NCBI GenBank assembly: GCA_032372955.1
Contig: GCA_032372955.1_4725.1
From: Escherichia coli
GTDB taxonomy: Bacteria > Pseudomonadota > Gammaproteobacteria > Enterobacterales > Enterobacteriaceae
Length of the DNA: 64,000 nucleotides
Direction: 5' to 3' (one strand)
Shown: positions 1 to 9,814 of the stretch, in pieces
Layout: each line of letters opens with the position of its first letter
Position numbering within the stretch: the stretch's first letter is position 1
The notes under the pieces: generated by a model
Told to the model about the DNA's origin: nothing
The model's database searches: none
The model's input: only the letters and a program-made list of their open reading frames with translations
Program-made: the position numbers and the translations under genes

Positions 1-200
1 TGCGTTACGACTTCGATCCGTTAGCACTGCAGGCGCTGATCGAAGCTGCGGCTGATGCTGGCTTCACCATCCGTCCTGAGAACATCCAGCATCTGGCAGG
101 TACCGCTGTTCGTGGTAACATGGCAGCACGTGCTCGTGGTCTGGGTAACATCTCCGGTAACATCTACGCACGTAGCGATCGCCCGAATGTTGGCGGTAAC
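1..200 (+). CDS. hypothetical protein, C-terminal fragment (gene begins upstream of window)
   Basis: Frame-3 open reading frame runs from window edge to TAA 198-200 with coding-like codon usage; not in ORF track because it lacks a start. Confidence 0.4.
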
Positions 201-256
201 AACATGGGTGGGGCATTCAACCTGTTCTAATGGAAGAACGTTCGATGTAATCTGAC

Positions 257-280
257 GGGAGGGAGGGCAACCTCCCTCCC
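257..280 (+). terminator. GC-rich stem-loop downstream of upstream gene
   Basis: Inverted repeat GGGAGGGAGG / CCTCCCTCCC read directly; no T-tract. Confidence 0.35.
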
Positions 281-322
281 TTATACGTCCTAACGTTCTT
301 TTTCATTTGTAGGAGATACCCC

Positions 323-2916
323 ATGGCCATCATGCTCGATATCGTGAGTTTCGATAGACAGCTCGCAGAACTTCCTTTTACGCCGATTTTGTTGAATGAT
401 TACGATACAAAAGTCGTCGAAGAGAAGAAGAAATTAAACAGTTTTATTACCCGTGTTTACTCCAGCGATACGTTGGATATCACGCCACAATGTGGTTGTG
501 GTTTCTACAATCGTGGTGAGCTACTCGGCACGGTGTGTCCAAACTGTAAAACGGTTGTAACCTACCCAGCAGAACAAGAGATTCGTTCGACGGTTTGGGC
601 GCGTGTTCCTGAAGGAATCGATGCGTTCATTAACCCGTTGGTCCATCTCGTGCTGGCAAGCGAGTTGAATATCAAAAGCTTTGAAACGATGACGTGGCTA
701 ATTGATGCCAGTTACCGTCCAAATGTAAAACGACCCATCGAACTCAAGAACTATCTGGAGCAGCAATTCGATGTATTCGGGATACGGCGCGGTGTAAATA
801 GCTTTATACAGAACTTCGATCGCATCATGGAGATCTTGTATAAAGGACCTACGTTACGTGGACCGAAGAACACGGAGAAAGTTGACACACTACGAGAATT
901 CATCCGTATCCATCGTGATAAGTTCTTCAGTCAGTATATCAGCTTTCCTGCGGCCATGATGTTCGTTATCGAGAATACGCCAACCGGTCGTTATGCGGAT
1001 AGCAAAATGGAAGGTGCGATCGATGCTATCGGTACGTTGAACAGTATCTATCATCCAACAACACCTTTGAGCGCCAGAAAGAAAGAAAACTGGATGGCGA
1101 AAGTGCAATTGAAGCTGCTGCAATACCATGCGGCGATTTTCGATGAGTTCATCGGTAAGAAGAAAGGTATTACACGTAAAAACATATTAGGTACATTACA
1201 TCCATTCACCACGCGTACCGTAATCAGTTCGATAACAGCGAACCATCGTTATTATCATCTGCATTTCCCATACGCGCCATTTACTTTAACCAATAAAGAA
1301 CATATCCAATCCAAGTTATTCCATCGTGGTTATTCGCCAAGAGCAGCACGTGCGTTCGTTGCGGAACATGTTCGCAATTATCATCCGATGATGAGCGAGC
1401 TGCATGATGAGCTTATTGCTGATACACCGTTCGATGGGATTGTGTGTGGTTTTGTTCGAAACCCATCACTTGACCGAAGCAGTAACCAATGTCTTGAAAT
1501 CACCAAGGTTAAACGCGATCCGCAGGATAACACCATCGGGTTAAGCGTGATGATCTTGAAAGGGTCGTTAGGCCCAGTAACGCAGAAATGTTGTTACGAG
1601 GAACTCCCTAATGCGGGAACCTACTTAGAGCCTTGTCCACCAACCACGTCTGGGAACAGAGTGTGGGGCTGAACTAATCATTCAGGTACGGTAAAAGCGG
1701 CAAGGATTGGGGAATCCGCAGCGAAGTCTCCAGAACGGAGATGTGCTCAACGACTATCGCTTACGGGCGTTAGGGCCAAGCGGTGTGGGAAACCACCGGT
1801 CATTTGACCGCCGAAATGGGAGCCCCGACCAGATAATGCTGAGGGTGAAAGATATAGTCTCTTCTTACGTGAAAGACGTAAGCAGTACCTTAGGTACGGG
1901 TATGGAGTAGCGAACCATACTGAAGATTTAGATAATGCAGATTTCAGTTTTTTCAATTAAATCAATAACTTACGATGATTTATTGATACCGTCGGGATCT
2001 GGTTTCTGGTAACAGGAACATAGTTAAAACTCTCTAATTGACGGGAAGTTTCTGTAATCGGACTACACACCAACTCATCGTGGTGACACAGATGAGGGCC
2101 AGCGTAATGAACTGGGTACGGTAAAAGAGGTAGGACGGGAATAATCCGCAGCGAAGCATCTCAACAAGAACGTTCACCTGATTATAGGAATCCACGAATG
2201 TTCGTTAAGATGTGTGCTCACAGACTATCGAAAGACGCGATGTCGAGTAGAGTAGGCTCTGTTAAACACAGACCCAAACGGGAGACTCCTCGCAACGAGG
2301 ATGAAGATATAGTCGATAAACAGCGACGGGGATGCTTAATCATAGGCCCTGCCTTCCGAAAGGAAGAGCTTGGATTCCGTGAATTGCTGGGAAGGGCTAA
2401 GGCCGCTACGCCTCGTAAGAGGAACCGATAAGGTAGAAACAAGGTAGCGGATGTACGCGGCTTCAATGACAATCCCTTCGGGGATGCCTACCGTACATGA
2501 CAATGTTCGATCAGCAGCGAAGCTCCGTTTAGGAGAACGTTCAACGAATACGTGGTCTCAAGCGAGATCCAGCGCGGAAGTCCTACGTTCCATTTGGAAT
2601 ATGGATAAGATGTATTCTGGACATTCCGGTAACACCGGAAGCTGCAGGTAAAGCTGCGGGTATGAGGTAGCGACTCATGCTGAACACTACGATGAACAAC
2701 CATATCGTCCCAGACATTTGGACTGCGAAACATTTCGGGCGTTTTCGACCCGAACTCGGTATGATGGATAATAACGTACCTTTTAAGGTATCTAAGAAAT
2801 GTGAACATCAGTCACCGGTTATTTCTACCATTGACTGTTGGTTCAACGAATTCGTGGAGGGCGATGACGTAGAACCTTATCTTGACGAAATAGAAGCAAC
2901 TAACAACCATTGCTAA
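323..2916 (+). CDS. RNA polymerase beta-prime-like subunit, N-terminal part; proposed exons 323-1565, 1932-1944, 2324-2336, 2692-2916 (about 497 aa)
   Basis: Zn-finger CGCGFYNRGELLGTVCPNC and RKNILGTLHPFTTRTVI resemble bacterial beta-prime; proposed spliced product reads [21 protein letters not shown], matching the universal [15 protein letters not shown] catalytic loop; RBS AGGAG before ATG 323. Confidence 0.55.
1566..1931 (+). ncRNA. group I intron 1 (putative self-splicing, no ORF)
   Basis: Q-like AATCCGCAGC 1713-1722, R-like CTCAACGACTATCG 1746-1759, S-like AAGATATAGTC 1849-1859 (R/S complementary GACTAT/ATAGTC); exon ends in U1565, intron ends in G1931. Confidence 0.55.
1945..2323 (+). 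ncRNA. group I intron 2 (putative)
   Basis: Second copy of GGTACGGTAAAAG and AATCCGCAGC (2143-2152), R-like GCTCACAGACTATCG 2215-2230, S-like AAGATATAGTC 2304-2314; boundaries inferred from reading-frame continuity; 3' splice site unusually close to S element. Confidence 0.4.
2337..2691 (+). ncRNA. group I intron 3 (putative)
   Basis: R-like GTTCAACGAATACG and complementary S-like AAGATGTATTC; 3' module GTATGAGGTAGCGACTCATGCTGAA mirrors intron 1 end; TAGGCCC near 5' end as in intron 1; ends in G2691. Confidence 0.4.
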
Positions 2917-2931
2917 AGGAGGACGCCTGTA

Positions 2932-3570
2932 ATGGCGCAAATATTTACAGGTGGACGAGACAGTTATCGTGCACTGAGGTTCGGAGAAATGTCCTCCGGT
3001 CTCGATAAAAGCTTTATGGAGTACGGCCACAAGCTGATGAATAGCCTCGGCGGCGCAAGCGAACACGTAAAGCATTTTTACGCTGAATCGTTAGCAACGT
3101 TCGACGCATTCAATCAGATAAACTATGCTGAACTCCGTAAGACGCTGTTGAGACAATCGGAGAACATCTTCCATGACGATGTGGTTATGCCATGTATCAC
3201 CGTGGAAGACTTCCGTGCCGCAAACGGCATATCTCGACAACTGATCATGGCGTGCCCTGAATTACGTACGAAGGCACAGCGTCAGCAGATCGAGGGGTAT
3301 GCTGAATGTTACACCGATCCGTTCAGTACGTTCAGTAATGAACTGCATCCGGACTACATGCGTGTAACAGACGGTGTGTTGATAACCGATCCTAAAACAG
3401 ATGAAACGTGGAGTATTTCCTACGAGTTTGATGATCATGAACTCGACCTACCAGAACTGAGTATCGATGATAAAGCAATTACATTAACCAACTGGGACAT
3501 GGCACGTATCCTACTGCAAGTTCCTGATGGCGAAGATTTCACCAATATCGCCGGTGGTAAATTAGGTTAA
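2932..3570 (+). CDS. hypothetical protein
   Basis: ORF track; RBS AAGGAGG upstream of ATG. Confidence 0.65.
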   Translation: MAQIFTGGRDSYRALRFGEMSSGLDKSFMEYGHKLMNSLGGASEHVKHFYAESLATFDAFNQINYAELRKTLLRQSENIFHDDVVMPCITVEDFRAANGISRQLIMACPELRTKAQRQQIEGYAECYTDPFSTFSNELHPDYMRVTDGVLITDPKTDETWSISYEFDDHELDLPELSIDDKAITLTNWDMARILLQVPDGEDFTNIAGGKLG

Positions 3571-3585
3571 TCCATTTAATGGCTG

Positions 3586-3619
3586 CCCTCCCTGCCTTAT
3601 GCAGGGAGGGTTTATGCCG
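3586..3619 (+). promoter_or_regulatory. GC-rich hairpin followed by TTTATGCCG (terminator plus putative late-promoter TATG motif)
   Basis: CCCTCCCTGC / GCAGGGAGGG stem then TTTATGC; member of recurring cassette. Confidence 0.45.
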
Positions 3620-3652
3620 CATGCAATCTTAAAATTGAAAACGAGGACAATC

Positions 3653-4450
3653 ATGAGTGTAAAACGTACTTCTCTGGGCTATCGTCGCATTGCGAGCCTG
3701 GCAACCCAAGAGGATATTATCTATCGTATCGAACACGATAAATTAGAATTTACCATGAACGACGCAGCCAATATCTGCGGTCGTTTAAACATTGAACGCG
3801 ATAGCAATAATGCGATGTATGTTGCCGCATTGTATTTTAATGGACGGTTGATTGAAACGAGTTTCAGCGTTGATCGCTTTGAGGATACCAGTAGCAGAGT
3901 GAAAACATTGATGGCGAACATGTTCGTCCGTACGTATTTACGTACACGTATTTCACGTTACGTTGGAAACGGTTTATCGGAAACAGAAGAGCATGGCTTA
4001 CGTCGCGGACTTTATAAATTGCTTTTAGAATTGCTGCCTACGCGGTACGGTATTACGGTTCCTGATGTGGATGATGTGTACTGGCGAGATACGTTGGACT
4101 GGATGCTGTATCAGATTTCCGAGACGACCTCCGACCTTCGTTATACCCGAAGCTTAAAAGGAGGAAGCTATGCCGTATACCGCAGCCTTCGTTATAATGA
4201 ACAGCAACATAAGGCGATGATAGTCACACGTCTTGTCTTCACGGTGAAAAGCGGATTAGGAGATACAGCTAACATTGAACCTTTCTCTGAGAAAAGCCAG
4301 TATACGACACATCTCATCGAACCCGTCGATTGTGTTACTGACGATCATACGCTCGATCGTTACGCACGACAGATCTGGCAGACGCTGACGTTACCGCATA
4401 TGGACATCGGTCTTCAGTCGTATACGCATCGTGATAGGAGAACACGTTAA
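3653..4450 (+). CDS. hypothetical protein
   Basis: ORF track frame; start moved to ATG 3653 downstream of hairpin, RBS GAGGA. Confidence 0.6.
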   Translation: MSVKRTSLGYRRIASLATQEDIIYRIEHDKLEFTMNDAANICGRLNIERDSNNAMYVAALYFNGRLIETSFSVDRFEDTSSRVKTLMANMFVRTYLRTRISRYVGNGLSETEEHGLRRGLYKLLLELLPTRYGITVPDVDDVYWRDTLDWMLYQISETTSDLRYTRSLKGGSYAVYRSLRYNEQQHKAMIVTRLVFTVKSGLGDTANIEPFSEKSQYTTHLIEPVDCVTDDHTLDRYARQIWQTLTLPHMDIGLQSYTHRDRRTR

Positions 4451-4458
4451 TCCAACAT

Positions 4459-4482
4459 TTTTCACGGCTATATTACTTAAGT
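4459..4482 (+). promoter_or_regulatory. putative early promoter TTTCACGGCTATATTACTTA
   Basis: Near-identical motif also at 27737 and 57151, related copy at 9736; contains TATATTAC core. Confidence 0.45.
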
Positions 4483-4569
4483 GATGTACAACATCAATCG
4501 ACTGTATAAGGCATATCACATTGTCCTTATATTGGAAATTAAATCCTAACGAAATCCGAGGATAGTAAA

Positions 4570-5034
4570 ATGACTTTAGCACAAGAAACCCAAATTCTGT
4601 TTATCCTGTCTCTCATCCTGGGCGCAGGTCTTATAATTTATTTAGCAGTAGCAGGTATGCGGTTACGTGAAGATGATAAACTTTATCAGATGACCGCCAA
4701 CTGGTTATTACGTCGTATCAACAAAGACTACGACAGCAGCTACTGTGAATTACTCGACAATCTGTCCAAAGACTGGATTCGTGCTTACGCTTACCCTGTT
4801 CGCCGTATGGCACAGCTGAGCAAGAAGTGGTTCAAAGCCAATCCGCGCACGACAATCAAACTCAACGGTATGGAACAAGCAAAGGTAATGACTTGGTTAC
4901 TTAACTTCGAACAGTATCCTGAAAATTGGAAAGTGGCCAAGATTCGTACAAACCGTTCCCTGGATGAAGTTATTCGTTTAGCGGCAGAGTTGCGCGGTCG
5001 TAATGTTAACGACGTTATCGCAGCTTTGGTTTAA
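4570..5034 (+). CDS. hypothetical membrane protein (N-terminal TM helix)
   Basis: ORF track; hydrophobic stretch FILSLILGAGLIIYLAVAG. Confidence 0.65.
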   Translation: MTLAQETQILFILSLILGAGLIIYLAVAGMRLREDDKLYQMTANWLLRRINKDYDSSYCELLDNLSKDWIRAYAYPVRRMAQLSKKWFKANPRTTIKLNGMEQAKVMTWLLNFEQYPENWKVAKIRTNRSLDEVIRLAAELRGRNVNDVIAALV

Positions 5035-5045
5035 GTATTTTTGCG

Positions 5046-5096
5046 GTCTCTCCCTACCTTCGGGTGGGGAGGGGCTGCCCATTCTTTTTTATTTTT
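5046..5096. terminator. rho-independent terminator (stem-loop plus T-tract)
   Basis: CTCTCCCTACC/GGTGGGGAGGGG stem followed by CATTCTTTTTTATTTTTG. Confidence 0.6.
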
Positions 5097-5152
5097 GTAA
5101 CTTTCTACGAATTTCCACCACCCTATGAAATGAAAAGCTTGAGGAGAACGGA

Positions 5153-5602
5153 ATGATCCATTTTGATGGTAATAGCAGCCAGCATTTTTCCTTTGAGGTC
5201 GAACAAACAAACAGTACCTTGGTCGGACGTTTCGGTGATGGTAACACACCGTTGTTTACCTACACGTACATGCTCAATAATGAACAACCGATGCGAATTA
5301 ACGCGACCAACTTCATGGCGGCGTTATGGGTGATCTACGGACTTAAAGTCGCCAACAGTAAATCGTACGCCTACAATAACTTTTTTCATGCTTGGTGGCA
5401 GCTTGAGTGTTATAATCGATTAAAGATTCCCGTACCTAAACATCCAGCAGAGTTGTCCGATATTGTTTATTTGGACTGTGGGTATATCGATATGCATACG
5501 CGAACATTTTACGCACCACGCACCAATGTATCCATGCCCGTCGAACTGGAGTTAGGGCATATGCCTAACTACGATAGATTGGTTGGAATGAATTACGCTT
5601 AA
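5153..5602 (+). CDS. hypothetical protein
   Basis: ORF track; RBS GAGGAG upstream. Confidence 0.65.
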   Translation: MIHFDGNSSQHFSFEVEQTNSTLVGRFGDGNTPLFTYTYMLNNEQPMRINATNFMAALWVIYGLKVANSKSYAYNNFFHAWWQLECYNRLKIPVPKHPAELSDIVYLDCGYIDMHTRTFYAPRTNVSMPVELELGHMPNYDRLVGMNYA

Positions 5603-5615
5603 AGAGGAGTTCCTC

Positions 5616-6023
5616 ATGGCATCGAATCCGTTACCTGGGCTGTCGAGCTTTTTAACCGCGTCGGGAAAAAAGCTGGATGGGTTAATGACCAATTTCGCAA
5701 TATCGAATTATTCCCAGTCGTATTGCTACCAAGGCTCTATCGTTTCACTACCGTACCTCATTGCAACGTCGCAGTATAGCGCACCCAAATTGGAAGATGC
5801 GACATACCGGATGTTGTATGATTATTTAATGCGTTATTACGATCGCGTGGAATTGAAAGTCCGTGTCAAGTATATCGATCCGACGACGGAACGTGTCGAT
5901 CTCCAGATTGGTGGGATTGTCACAGAGAAAGGTATATCGTACGATTTGGGCGGTGTTCTGCGATCCGAGCGTGGTAATTTTATCAAGTGGCAGGAGGAAG
6001 TAAATGAAGGCGCGCCAAACTAA
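5616..6023 (+). CDS. hypothetical protein
   Basis: ORF track; RBS AGAGGAG upstream. Confidence 0.65.
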   Translation: MASNPLPGLSSFLTASGKKLDGLMTNFAISNYSQSYCYQGSIVSLPYLIATSQYSAPKLEDATYRMLYDYLMRYYDRVELKVRVKYIDPTTERVDLQIGGIVTEKGISYDLGGVLRSERGNFIKWQEEVNEGAPN

Positions 6024-6786
6024 CAGCAACGTTAGCGAAGGAACGGATTTATTGGGGTATCCGGCTGGGGTGGTGGTTGTAAATGAAGAAGAGCGCATCC
6101 GTCGCGCTCAGGATCCGTCCATCCCGAAAACAAGACCGGACATGTGGCAGGAGCTGGTAGACAACAGCGAGCTTCTACGAAAAGGTTTACAGGAGATGAC
6201 GCGTCCCAACATCCTGCCTGAATCGCTGTTTGTTAAACATTTCTTGTATCCGTTCGCAGGAATGTTTTCGCAGGATCCTGAATACGCGGAGATGCTGAGT
6301 AATAGCACCATTGTTCACGATTGGTGCAAGATAGCAGGCCAACCGCATCGTGCTGTTAATATTGTTGCTGATGGGAATAACAACAAGGTTCTGTTTACGG
6401 TACCAGCTATCTTTATCCGGACACGTTCATACATCAATCGTGACCCCAATACGTGTTTCCTCGCGATGGTGGACAAAGCACGCCGACAGTATAACTTCAA
6501 TCCTGAAAGCGCTAAAGCTTACGTCGACCATCAGCTTGATCGCTTTGCCCCAAATGAAAGCAAAGACCATGTTGTTGCTGATTACGTGCAATGGCTTCGG
6601 ATTTTTGACCATTATAACGTACCCCTTTACGACGTTCGTGATGGTTCACGTCGTACGGTAAAAGAGCGTGGGTTATTAAATGGATTGAATCTGGCCAGAA
6701 CTTCTTCAACAACTGCGTCGGTGGGTAGTAGAAACATGCCGTCTACGACGGGGACTATTAGCAGCAGCAACTTAGAGGAATTCTGA
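6004..6786 (+). CDS. hypothetical protein
   Basis: ORF track; RBS GGAGGAAG upstream; overlaps neighbours by few codons. Confidence 0.6.
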   Translation: MKARQTNSNVSEGTDLLGYPAGVVVVNEEERIRRAQDPSIPKTRPDMWQELVDNSELLRKGLQEMTRPNILPESLFVKHFLYPFAGMFSQDPEYAEMLSNSTIVHDWCKIAGQPHRAVNIVADGNNNKVLFTVPAIFIRTRSYINRDPNTCFLAMVDKARRQYNFNPESAKAYVDHQLDRFAPNESKDHVVADYVQWLRIFDHYNVPLYDVRDGSRRTVKERGLLNGLNLARTSSTTASVGSRNMPSTTGTISSSNLEEF

Positions 6787-7928
6787 TGCGGGACTTCAGT
6801 CGAAATAAAACGCCTGGGGTATTACGTGGAATCAACTTGTCGGATATTCACTTTATCCATCGTCAAACACCGACAGTAAACCTGATTAGCCAACTACGTT
6901 ACTACATCACAAAAGAAGATCCTGCGCTGCTTGATGTGATTACGTTCAGTGGCGATGTCTTCGATCGTATTACGACATTTGTGACGAGTGATGTGGTTGC
7001 TGTTCGTGCCTGGGGTACCTGGTTGTTACGGTATGCGAGAAAACACGATATTACGTTGATCTTTCTTGAGGGTACCAATTTACACGACCAGAAGCAAAGC
7101 CAGTGGTTCGTTGAACAGAACGAGGTCATGGAGATAGGAGCGAAAGTTCGTTATTACGATGATCTCTGCATGGTTGATGAAGACTTCGGTTTAAAAGTGC
7201 TTTATCTTCCAGATAACTACAGCCACGATCCGGATGTGACGTTGTCGGCTGTGAACCGACTTATTGATGAGAAGGGATCGCCGGACTTCATTCTGATGCA
7301 CGGCGCGTTCGAATATCAGCTTCCACCAGAAGCGTTAAAAGCGACATGTGTTCATAGCAGCGATGCATATAACGCAATGGTAGAGAAGACCCAAGGGTGG
7401 GTCGTGAGCGGGCATATCCACTTACAATCCCAGAAAGGACGTATCATGGTTGGTGGTTCGTTCGGCCGCTTGTCGCATGGCGAAGAAGGTCCAAAGGGGT
7501 ACCTCCGTTATACGTTAACAGAATCGTTTAACGACCAGTGGGAATTTGTTGAGAACAAGAAAGCAGATGTCTACAAGACGATAAAACTGCACGGTCTTGT
7601 TGGAGATGAAATCATTCGTGTGTTGGAACGGGAACTGGCTCCATTGAAGAAGGGCGATCATATTCGAATACGCTGCGATAAGGAAGACGATGCGGCGAAA
7701 ACGTTTCGTTCCATTCCTTCTTTGTATCCAGGCTTTGTCTGGTCAATTAAAACGGACGCCAAGAACAACCAGTCGCTATTAAAGAACAGTTTTGTCAATA
7801 ACGTTATCGAGAAAGGCGGAGACTTGACAAAGGACAACGTTAAGCGTTTGTTGGTCGAACGCATTCGTAATAAATACCCGAACGTTGATGCCTTAAAGGT
7901 TTCTGCTTGGCTTGATACGTTGCCATGA
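6786..7928 (+). CDS. calcineurin-like metallophosphoesterase, SbcD/Mre11-like nuclease
   Basis: Motifs LSDIHF, GDVFD, GTNLHD, LMHGAFE, SGHIH in canonical order. Confidence 0.55.
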   Translation: MRDFSRNKTPGVLRGINLSDIHFIHRQTPTVNLISQLRYYITKEDPALLDVITFSGDVFDRITTFVTSDVVAVRAWGTWLLRYARKHDITLIFLEGTNLHDQKQSQWFVEQNEVMEIGAKVRYYDDLCMVDEDFGLKVLYLPDNYSHDPDVTLSAVNRLIDEKGSPDFILMHGAFEYQLPPEALKATCVHSSDAYNAMVEKTQGWVVSGHIHLQSQKGRIMVGGSFGRLSHGEEGPKGYLRYTLTESFNDQWEFVENKKADVYKTIKLHGLVGDEIIRVLERELAPLKKGDHIRIRCDKEDDAAKTFRSIPSLYPGFVWSIKTDAKNNQSLLKNSFVNNVIEKGGDLTKDNVKRLLVERIRNKYPNVDALKVSAWLDTLP

Positions 7929-7947
7929 TAAGAAGGAGTTGTGGGGT

Positions 7948-8745
7948 ATGAGCGATATGTACGCCCGCACGTTAGGTGATTATCCTTTATCGGTGGGGAC
8001 GTCAGCAACATTATCAGCCGTGCAGCAACAGCCAGAAACACAGATGGATTGGTTGTTCAACCTTCGTACTTTAGCACGCAATTTCGTTGAAAGCTTTGAA
8101 GACGTTGAACAACATAAATTACCGTTATCGATGATAACGGGGGATTTTCAAAACGAGTTACTGCAGCTAAGGCAGTTGGTGAATGAACTCGTTCCCCATA
8201 TTCGCTTGCGGATATATGCGCCAACCTATGCGTCAATAAAGCGTGTTTATCCGCACGCGATACATAAGGAGCCACACACCGAAAAACAAAAAGGACTCGC
8301 TACACTTTATCGTGGGTTGATGGCGTCTGTAGATCGACTCCCTAATATCGAATCGATGGATTGTAAATTACCCACGATAACCAAGACATCGTATATCACC
8401 ACGCACTATGTTTCTGACTTGTTGGCAAGAACCGGTTTTGGTGAACTTATTTTGGTAGAAAGCCATACCGGAACTTTGAAACGAAAACATCAGTGGTCAA
8501 CCAAACTTACTGGTGGGGATCGTCCAGAGGTTGCGAACCTTCCATTTACAAAGATGACCTTGGGGACGTTCGGTGACCAAGCCGTACAGTTCAACAGCGG
8601 GCCGGTGAAAATAAAAAGGATGTTGTTAGATCTTGCGAAACAGAGTCAGTGGAATCCATTAACAACGGAAGACCGTACACGCTTTGGCGTCAACCAGTTA
8701 CGTGACCCCTTTGCAAAACGTTTTCTGTTGGACATGTTCCGCTGA
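7948..8745 (+). CDS. hypothetical protein
   Basis: ORF track frame; ATG 7948 preceded by RBS AGAAGGAG. Confidence 0.6.
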   Translation: MSDMYARTLGDYPLSVGTSATLSAVQQQPETQMDWLFNLRTLARNFVESFEDVEQHKLPLSMITGDFQNELLQLRQLVNELVPHIRLRIYAPTYASIKRVYPHAIHKEPHTEKQKGLATLYRGLMASVDRLPNIESMDCKLPTITKTSYITTHYVSDLLARTGFGELILVESHTGTLKRKHQWSTKLTGGDRPEVANLPFTKMTLGTFGDQAVQFNSGPVKIKRMLLDLAKQSQWNPLTTEDRTRFGVNQLRDPFAKRFLLDMFR

Positions 8746-8818
8746 GGCTGTAATTTTTAACTAATATTGACTATCATCTGAACCAGAAATTGATTCACAC
8801 TACGTAACGAGGCTGAAA

Positions 8819-9610
8819 ATGAGCAATTGGAATTCGGGCAGTAAACCACAAGGAAACATTATTCCTACAGCGTATGACGACAACAACTGGAAACTGTGGG
8901 CGGACGAAAAGGTTGAGGGCGGTAATTCAGTCCCCTCATTGAAAATTAGCGTTGCTAAGAATCAACCGCGTATCACGGTTTACACTGGTCGTAAAGACCA
9001 GCAGGGTCGCGCTGAAAGCATTTGGGCACGCATGAGCTCATACGCGTTCTATAACCTGCTTGCGATCCTCGAGCAGGTTGCTAAGGGTAAGCCAGGCCAA
9101 CGCTTTGCGATGAAGAACGAAAAGGTTATCGACGATCGCAATAACCCAGGTAAGAAGAAACAGATTACCGAAAGTACAACGTGGGTTGGTAAGAACGATG
9201 ATGGTTCGGTATATATCGCTGTAACAGCATACCAAAAACCAAACATCCAATTCGTATTCAAGCCACCGCGTTTCCACGCTCTGGTTGATGAGTCTGGACA
9301 ACCTTTACAGATCGGGGTTGTTTCTCCGCTTTGTGCGTTGGAATTTGTACGTATTCATCGCGCGGTGTTGCCGAGCATCCTCGCAACCAATTTCGACGGT
9401 GAAAGCCGTAGCGTAAGTAATGGTGGCAACAATAACTATAACCGTAACAATAACAACGGCGGCGGTAACCGTAATGCTGGTAACGGCCAGTACAACGGTA
9501 ACTCTAACGCATCAAGTTCGGCTTCAGTGGCCCCTGATACCCGTTGGGATGCGCCAAGCGCAAATGACGACGATGATCCGTCCGTAGCCTTTGATGGCTT
9601 AGCGTTCTAA
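8819..9610 (+). CDS. hypothetical protein, possible ssDNA-binding protein
   Basis: N/G-rich low-complexity linker and acidic C-terminal tail ending DDDDPSVAFDGLAF, reminiscent of SSB C-terminus. Confidence 0.6.
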   Translation: MSNWNSGSKPQGNIIPTAYDDNNWKLWADEKVEGGNSVPSLKISVAKNQPRITVYTGRKDQQGRAESIWARMSSYAFYNLLAILEQVAKGKPGQRFAMKNEKVIDDRNNPGKKKQITESTTWVGKNDDGSVYIAVTAYQKPNIQFVFKPPRFHALVDESGQPLQIGVVSPLCALEFVRIHRAVLPSILATNFDGESRSVSNGGNNNYNRNNNNGGGNRNAGNGQYNGNSNASSSASVAPDTRWDAPSANDDDDPSVAFDGLAF

Positions 9611-9628
9611 CAATGCTTTAGCATCGCA

Positions 9629-9649
9629 TTCTGAGTCTTCGATTCAGAA
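9629..9649 (+). terminator. short stem-loop after CDS
   Basis: TTCTGA / TCAGAA inverted repeat. Confidence 0.25.
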
Positions 9650-9735
9650 GGTAACGCGAATATTTTCCGTTAGTGCAAGGTGTCTCGCTTCGGCGGGATG
9701 CCTTGCATGCTGAGCGATAACTCAGCCGGAATCCA

Positions 9736-9763
9736 AAATTATTCACGCTTATATTACCTTTGT
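9736..9763 (+). promoter_or_regulatory. putative early promoter variant (TTCACGCTTATATTACCTTT)
   Basis: Shares TTCAC and TATATTAC with the three conserved copies. Confidence 0.35.
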
Positions 9764-9814
9764 GGTAGACGTCATAGAATACGTTTTAACAGGGAACCGC
9801 GAAAAGAGGTTGTT

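Noticed and set aside
55-255. Track ORF 55-255 (+) at the window start
   Set aside because: A different frame (ending TAA 198-200) has much more coding-like codon usage and runs to the window edge; 55-255 also spans the downstream hairpin.
1566-1672. C-terminal 35 residues of track ORF 323-1672 (SLGPVTQKCCYEELPNAGTYLEPCPPTTSGNRVWG)
   Set aside because: Beta-prime similarity stops at Gly-Tyr (1562-1565); the remainder is interpreted as read-through into intron 1.
2304-2336. Alternative that the DGD codons at 2325-2333 are a chance match inside intron 2
   Set aside because: Not fully rejected. Chance occurrence of in-frame C-GAC-GGG-GAT-GCT preceded by G and giving exact frame continuity to the downstream HIVP exon seems unlikely, but the 9-nt spacing from the S-like element is atypical; experimental splice mapping is required.
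1707-2808. Small ORFs inside the intron cluster (1707-1910, 1747-1956 minus, 2198-2431, 2218-2472 minus, 2451-2651, 2488-2808 minus) as possible homing endonucleases
   Set aside because: No HNH, GIY-YIG, LAGLIDADG or His-Cys box motifs; they overlap predicted structured RNA; the introns appear ORF-less.
6786-7928. SbcC/Rad50 partner next to the SbcD/Mre11-like nuclease
   Set aside because: Neither flanking ORF (6004-6786, 7948-8745) shows Walker A/B or coiled-coil ABC-ATPase features; a partner, if any, is outside the window.
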